This document shows positions 15,311 through 20,000 of a stretch of 20,000 bases of DNA, piece after piece. The notes under the pieces are model-generated. The model saw nothing but the letters and a program-made list of their open reading frames with translations. It was not told the DNA's origin and did not search any database. How positions within the stretch are numbered: position 1 is the stretch's first letter; each line of letters begins with the position of its first letter. Source of the DNA: an uncultured virus (IMG/VR IMGVR_UViG_3300042387_001477) (Duplodnaviria > Heunggongvirae > Uroviricota > Caudoviricetes); IMG/VR virus record IMGVR_UViG_3300042387_001477, one strand, 5' to 3'. The position numbers were made by a program, and so were the translations under genes.

Positions 15311-17326
15311 TTACTGAGTTAGTTCGCCAAAGGAAATGCCAGTTCGTGTAGCAACAAAGGTGATTGTGATAAAGTTAATACTTCTTGCAGGCTTAATATA
15401 AATTTCAGCATTAAATTCATTTCTGTCAATAACATCTGCGGTGTTATTTGTCTCATCACAAACTACAAGGAAGTCATAGATTCCTCTTCTACCTTGGACA
15501 CCTCTTAGGTAAGGTTCAACTGCAGCCTTAAATGAACTTCTAGTTACTTCATCATTCATTTCAAACAGTTGGAATTTAGAGAATCCAGCAACGTTTCTTT
15601 CAAGTTCAATGAAGAGTCTACGAACATTGATTCTGTTAAAAGCACTAGGAGAAGATATTGCAGTCTTATCACCGAATAAAACGATTCCTTGTCCTGGGAA
15701 AGAAACGATAGGATTAATTCTATTTGTGTAAAGTCTATCTCTTTCATTTTGCTTTGGTGAGTATGCAAGTTTAGTTGCATTTCTTAAGTTACCTCTGTTG
15801 TAACCTGCTGGAGAGAACCAAGTTTCTGAGTTGATAGTGGTGTTAATACAAAGACCTGCAACATCTGCTGCACAAGGAACATAACGATAAGTATCATTAA
15901 ACTTATCATAGATGTACTTGTATCCAGAATCAAACATCGCAAATGAACTACTTGCAATTCCACTAAAGAAATCTACAATGTTTTCAGTTTTAACTGAACT
16001 TGGTGAACTGTTAATTACATCTGATCTTCTTGGAGAAATTACTGCTACGCAATCTCTTCTTGATTCTGCAATATCAATTACTTTAGCTGCTCTATCAGCA
16101 CTAATGGTTCCTGGAATTAAGAAATCTATATCATTGAAAGTTTCAGAATCTCTAAAGAGTTCATAACCGTTAGTTACTGCAGCTGAAATATCAGCTGAAT
16201 CAGTTGTAAAATCATAATCAGTTCCACCTGTTAGGCTAAAACCTAGAACTGAAACTCCTGAATTTAGAATTGGTGAAAATACTTTATTTGCACTATTAGC
16301 TTCTCCAATTGTTGTATTGGTTACTCCTTCAAGGGCAATTTTAGAAGTGCCAATAAAATCTAAACCAGTTGAATAACCTGGGAATATATACTTGGATCTT
16401 TCTGCAATTGCAGTGTGGAAGTACACTAGTGATCCATCTAGAGTGCTTGCATCTTTTGCTTTTGAAACAAATAGATATTTTTCTAGAATTGTATTTGGAG
16501 TACCTGTAATAATTCCGTCCTCATCGAGAACAAGAATATGCATTTCATCAAACCTACCACCCTTTGAAGCTACTGATGAAGATGTTCCTGGTTGAGGTGC
16601 TACATCTCTCCACTTTAATCCAGAAGCGTATTCTAGAGTATCGTAGTAAGTATTGCTTACAGATCCAATTTCGCCAGCTGCAACTAATACTACAGGAGTT
16701 CCAGCGTTATCTGTAATGCTATAAGTAGTAATTCCAGAAGATGGAATTCTCTTAGTGCTATCGTTTAGGATAATGTGAAGAGTATTTGCAGTAGTATCTA
16801 CTTTATAAATCCATCCAGTGCCAAGTAGAGTTCCACCATTTAGAATTCTAATTGCATCACCAGCAACTACTGAAGGGTCTGTACCAGTGTAAGTAATTAT
16901 CTGATCTGCACCGTGATCAACTGCAACTACTTTGATTGAATTGAATAGTGAACCTGCACTTCTTCCTGCAAACTTGAATGCAGTTCCAGTATAATTATCG
17001 AAATCAAATTTACTCTTGATGATAAAGTTAGATAGACCAGCATCAGATGCAGATCTTAGTACAATATTTGAACTTGTTGGTCTTACTACTGCTACAATGC
17101 CACCATACTGAATAATGGTTGATGCAGCATACCAAGACTCATAATTGTTGTCATTTGGCTTGCCAAATGTGTCTATTAATTCTTTTTCACTAGAAACAAA
17201 AGTTACAGTATCTACAGGACCAGTTTCAGCAGCAATTACAACTGCTCCAACATTTTGGTCGGATACATTAATTGTAGGAGTTAAGTCAACTTCCTTGATA
17301 GATACTCCAGGTGAAGCAAACGCCAT
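15311..17326 (-). CDS. g18: gp18 contractile tail sheath protein
   Basis: SPGVSIKEVDLT start; DSGYKYIYDKFND, WFSPAGYNRG, LFGDKT, FNRINVRRLF, IYIKPARSINFITITFVATRTG; GAGGT SD upstream. Confidence 0.97.
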   Translation of the reverse strand: MAFASPGVSIKEVDLTPTINVSDQNVGAVVIAAETGPVDTVTFVSSEKELIDTFGKPNDNNYESWYAASTIIQYGGIVAVVRPTSSNIVLRSASDAGLSNFIIKSKFDFDNYTGTAFKFAGRSAGSLFNSIKVVAVDHGADQIITYTGTDPSVVAGDAIRILNGGTLLGTGWIYKVDTTANTLHIILNDSTKRIPSSGITTYSITDNAGTPVVLVAAGEIGSVSNTYYDTLEYASGLKWRDVAPQPGTSSSVASKGGRFDEMHILVLDEDGIITGTPNTILEKYLFVSKAKDASTLDGSLVYFHTAIAERSKYIFPGYSTGLDFIGTSKIALEGVTNTTIGEANSANKVFSPILNSGVSVLGFSLTGGTDYDFTTDSADISAAVTNGYELFRDSETFNDIDFLIPGTISADRAAKVIDIAESRRDCVAVISPRRSDVINSSPSSVKTENIVDFFSGIASSSFAMFDSGYKYIYDKFNDTYRYVPCAADVAGLCINTTINSETWFSPAGYNRGNLRNATKLAYSPKQNERDRLYTNRINPIVSFPGQGIVLFGDKTAISSPSAFNRINVRRLFIELERNVAGFSKFQLFEMNDEVTRSSFKAAVEPYLRGVQGRRGIYDFLVVCDETNNTADVIDRNEFNAEIYIKPARSINFITITFVATRTGISFGELTQ

Positions 17327-17361
17327 GTTTATTACCTCTATGAGATTTTTTTTCTCAAAAC

Positions 17362-17372
17362 TATTTATTTAT
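17362..17372 (-). promoter_or_regulatory. late promoter for g18 (two overlapping ATAAATA boxes)
   Basis: Minus strand ATAAATAAATA in the g17-g18 intergenic region. Confidence 0.78.
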
Positions 17373-17387
17373 CTTTGCATTTTGAGC

Positions 17388-19064
17388 TTACTTGTATTCC
17401 CACATATAAGCCATATCACCATATTCATCTACATTCCACTTGTTATCTGTAGCTGAAGTCCAGTAGTCTCCCTTTGTATCTACAAAAGTTGTTTCATTAT
17501 CAGTTAAGCCATCCAGTATAAAACCAAATGGAGCCATATCCTGTTCAATAGCCTCTCTTTGATCTTCAAAAATTCTTTTCCTAACGTCATTTGAAGTAAG
17601 CTCCCTAAAGTAAGGTTGAGTTGCTAACCAAGAAAAAATAACCAAGCACATCGCAAGGTCATCATTGCAACCTTCTTCTGCATTGAATGTATCACTTTTT
17701 TGAATAAACGTGGTCAACTCACTAATAATATCATAATCTGGGATTAATAATTTATCATCTTCAATTAATGCTTTTAGGTTAGCACAGCCATATTTTTTAA
17801 CAGCTTTAGTCATCTTGACTCCCAGCTGTGCTTTATTTGAAAATCCAGTCCCAACTATCTGGCCAGCACGACCTTTCATTGCACACATTAATAAGTTATC
17901 ATATTCCAAATCAAACTGTAGAATATCTGCTACTTGTCCACCAATATCATTCACTTCCACTAACACATTAGCGTTGTTATAATTACGTCCTACAGTATCA
18001 ATAATGTTTGGGAATAAGATTGGTTTAATCTCATTGTTCTTATATTTGGCTACTAATTTATATGGGATAGTAGTAACATCTACAACAGCAAACGCAGAGT
18101 AATCATTGCCAACTCCTCTGGCAACGTCAACAGTCATTACATAATCATGACCTTCAATAACTTCTTCATAGATATCCAATCCTCCACTTCTCTTTAGTGG
18201 ATCTTCGTACACCATGGAACGAAGTTTATTTGGATTGATAAGAGTGTCAACAGATCCTAGGAAGGTACATTCAAACTCCTGCTCAAACTGTCTTTGAGAA
18301 GTGTTTGCAATAGTTTCTTCTTTCCACTTCTGATCTCTACCTGGGACATCCCACCAGTTAACTTCAAGAGGGGTGTAACTGTTCTTTCCTCGTTCTGCAT
18401 CATGCCAGAATTTGTAGAACATGTTCATTCCATTTGGAGTGGAAATGATAATAACTTTGGTTGTCTTACCAGATGAAATGGTTGGGTATACAGAACTGAA
18501 GAACTGCTCTGCAATGTGGTTTGGAATGAACGCAAATTCGTCCAAGAAAATGATGTTAAATGAGTTCCCTCGGACAGCAGATGAGGAGGTAGAGGCAGCA
18601 ATAATCTTAGATCCGTTCTCTAGCTCCAGTGAGCCACGGTTCCAAGAACCCACGCCCTGCTGTAGCCATTTAGGTAGATTTTCATATGATAACTGCAATC
18701 TGGATAGAAGTTCCCTTGAGGTCTCCGCTTTGTTTGCAAGAATCGCTATTTTTACGTTTGGGTTAAAAAGAGCATAGTGAAGCAGGTAAGATACAACAGT
18801 TGTTGACTTACCAGTTTGTCTAGGAAGCTTCGCAATATTGAATCTATGCTTATGGAAATTATCAATTAATTTTTCCTGAAAGTCCCACATTTTAAATGGG
18901 ACCAAACCTTCGTCAAGAGAAACAATTTTGATATATTTTTTAGCAAAATAAATTGGATCCTCTTGACACTTTAAATACTCTTCTAATTGTTCAGAAGTAA
19001 ATTGTATTTGTACGTTAGAAGGTTTTAGGTTAGGATTACCTTTATAACTAGATCTTTCACTCAT
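17388..19064 (-). CDS. g17: gp17 terminase large subunit
   Basis: YKGNPNLK, Walker A PRQTGKS, Walker B IFLDEFAF, IISTPNG, FEQEFEC, nuclease motifs TVDVARG and NDDLAMCL; uninterrupted 558 aa. Confidence 0.98.
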   Translation of the reverse strand: MSERSSYKGNPNLKPSNVQIQFTSEQLEEYLKCQEDPIYFAKKYIKIVSLDEGLVPFKMWDFQEKLIDNFHKHRFNIAKLPRQTGKSTTVVSYLLHYALFNPNVKIAILANKAETSRELLSRLQLSYENLPKWLQQGVGSWNRGSLELENGSKIIAASTSSSAVRGNSFNIIFLDEFAFIPNHIAEQFFSSVYPTISSGKTTKVIIISTPNGMNMFYKFWHDAERGKNSYTPLEVNWWDVPGRDQKWKEETIANTSQRQFEQEFECTFLGSVDTLINPNKLRSMVYEDPLKRSGGLDIYEEVIEGHDYVMTVDVARGVGNDYSAFAVVDVTTIPYKLVAKYKNNEIKPILFPNIIDTVGRNYNNANVLVEVNDIGGQVADILQFDLEYDNLLMCAMKGRAGQIVGTGFSNKAQLGVKMTKAVKKYGCANLKALIEDDKLLIPDYDIISELTTFIQKSDTFNAEEGCNDDLAMCLVIFSWLATQPYFRELTSNDVRKRIFEDQREAIEQDMAPFGFILDGLTDNETTFVDTKGDYWTSATDNKWNVDEYGDMAYMWEYK

Positions 19065-19073
19065 AATATGTTA

Positions 19074-19832
19074 TTATAACGTTGGTTTTTTCCATTCTGG
19101 ACCTTTTCTCATTGTGTTTGCCACCTTCCTTTCGTTAGGATTATCAGTTTTATCTGCAAGTTTTCCAATTTTTGCTTGCTTCTGAGCAGATTTGTGTCCA
19201 ACACCAATCTCAAAGCTTGCCTCTTTCATGAACTGTGAAAATGATTTTCCCTCACTAATTTTTTCATCTGATGCAAGATACTCTGCAGCAGTATCTACAA
19301 AGTCGGCAGCTCTGGTAATTTTGGACTGAACCCATGCAGGTAGTTGCTGATCTGATTTACGAATAACTTTACGAAGCATAGCGATAGATCTTTCCATTTG
19401 ATCTAGCTCAAGTTTTGCCATATAACCTTCATGATCTTTGATTTTTCCAGAAGCAATTTCTTTATGATCCTCCTTCATGGTAAGAATCCTTCTGGAATTC
19501 ATTTCCCATGCACTTGGACCATATGAACACTGAGATTTAGTTTCTTCTTTTTCACAAAGATGGCAATAACGTACCTCTTCCTTTTCTTCCTTAACAGCTT
19601 TTTTGCCGTTTCTCCATTCCCCTTTTAGTTTCTTTTCCATTTTGAGTAAGTGCTTGTAGTAATCTGGAAATTCTGCAATGTGCTGAAGTGCAATATTGTA
19701 AGCTTCGTCATGCTTTGTGACATGTTCTCTTTCTACAGTAGATCCGACTTCAGCTTGTCGGATAACGTAATCTACTGATACACCATGTTTTTTGGCAATT
19801 TCTTTTTCAGTTGGAACTTTTTTGTGTGCCAT
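19074..19832 (-). CDS. modular hypothetical protein, putative internal head protein (N-terminal DUF5661-like module)
   Basis: 252 aa, highly charged. The segment GSTVEREH...IALQHIAEFPDYYKHL resembles DUF5661 as I recall it; then a CxxC-x8-C segment, a DHEGYMA...LPAWVQSKIT helical module, KSFSQFMKE and a basic tail. Confidence 0.7.
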   Translation of the reverse strand: MAHKKVPTEKEIAKKHGVSVDYVIRQAEVGSTVEREHVTKHDEAYNIALQHIAEFPDYYKHLLKMEKKLKGEWRNGKKAVKEEKEEVRYCHLCEKEETKSQCSYGPSAWEMNSRRILTMKEDHKEIASGKIKDHEGYMAKLELDQMERSIAMLRKVIRKSDQQLPAWVQSKITRAADFVDTAAEYLASDEKISEGKSFSQFMKEASFEIGVGHKSAQKQAKIGKLADKTDNPNERKVANTMRKGPEWKKPTL

Positions 19833-20000
19833 TATCCACCTACAATCTGAACTTCAGTGATATGTCCTGTAGCAGCGCCATTACCATCAGGCTTTACGGA
19901 AAATTTAATTGAATTTGAAAGAGTCGCAGTTCCAGTAAAATCTGCATATGAAGATGAATTTAATGCAACAGTGATTGAAGTATCAGTAACTGCTGTAACT
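19832..20000 (-). CDS. C-terminal end of a hypothetical (probably virion) protein, truncated by the window end
   Basis: Not in the ORF track; hand translation gives ...VTAVTDTSITVALNSSSYADFTGTATLSNSIKFSVKPDGNGAATGHITEVQIVGG-stop. The TAA overlaps the next ATG (TAATG); Thr/Ser/Gly-rich beta-type composition. Confidence 0.75.
   Translation of the reverse strand, partial: VTAVTDTSITVALNSSSYADFTGTATLSNSIKFSVKPDGNGAATGHITEVQIVGG

Noticed and set aside
11417..18777. Plus-strand ORFs antisense to g22, g21, g20, g18 and g17, plus the minus-strand alternative-frame ORF 15556-15780
   Set aside because: Short shadow ORFs, often mirroring low-complexity acidic tracts, inside well-conserved core genes.
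9349..19064. Possible introns, inteins or homing endonucleases in g17, g20, g23 and neighbours
   Set aside because: The ORFs are continuous and of typical length, and intergenic gaps are under about 70 bp; no HNH, GIY-YIG, LAGLIDADG or intein motifs seen.
1..20000. Apparently frequent CTAG/TCTAGA sites
   Set aside because: A rough by-eye tally looked compatible with base composition and CTA codon use; a formal k-mer test would be needed to claim enrichment.
1..20000. tRNA, CRISPR array or alternative genetic code
   Set aside because: No intergenic space or repeat-spacer pattern for these; core genes translate full length in the standard code.

Overview
This is the core morphogenesis and recombination region of an AT-rich T4-like myovirus, most likely a cyanophage (Kyanoviridae-like, inferred from gene order, the cobS/VWA-peptidase pair and a DUF3110-like gene). 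All genuine genes are on the minus strand. In transcription order they are: a truncated putative virion protein, a modular 252-aa putative internal head protein, g17, g18, g19, g20, g67-like, g21, g22, g23, an intrinsic terminator, g3, uvsY, uvsW, a conserved hypothetical gene, g55, g47, DUF3110-like, g46, a HExxH-peptidase/VWA (CobT-like) gene and a truncated CobS/MoxR AAA+ ATPase. The first and last of these are missing from the ORF track. Late (gp55-type TAAATA) promoters precede the structural genes, and host sigma70-type promoters precede g55, the VWA gene and cobS. Three signals stand out. (1) A back-to-back promoter pair forms an inverted repeat around a G10 tract at 6333-6407, and its perfect-consensus plus-strand half points antisense into the late uvsW operon and serves no gene. 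(2) The gene upstream of g17 looks like a polyprotein, with an internal capsid-targeting-like sequence and gp21-type cleavage sites. (3) The MoxR plus peptidase-VWA module has separate early promoters, one embedded in nested palindromes. All family assignments come from motif recognition and synteny, not database searches.
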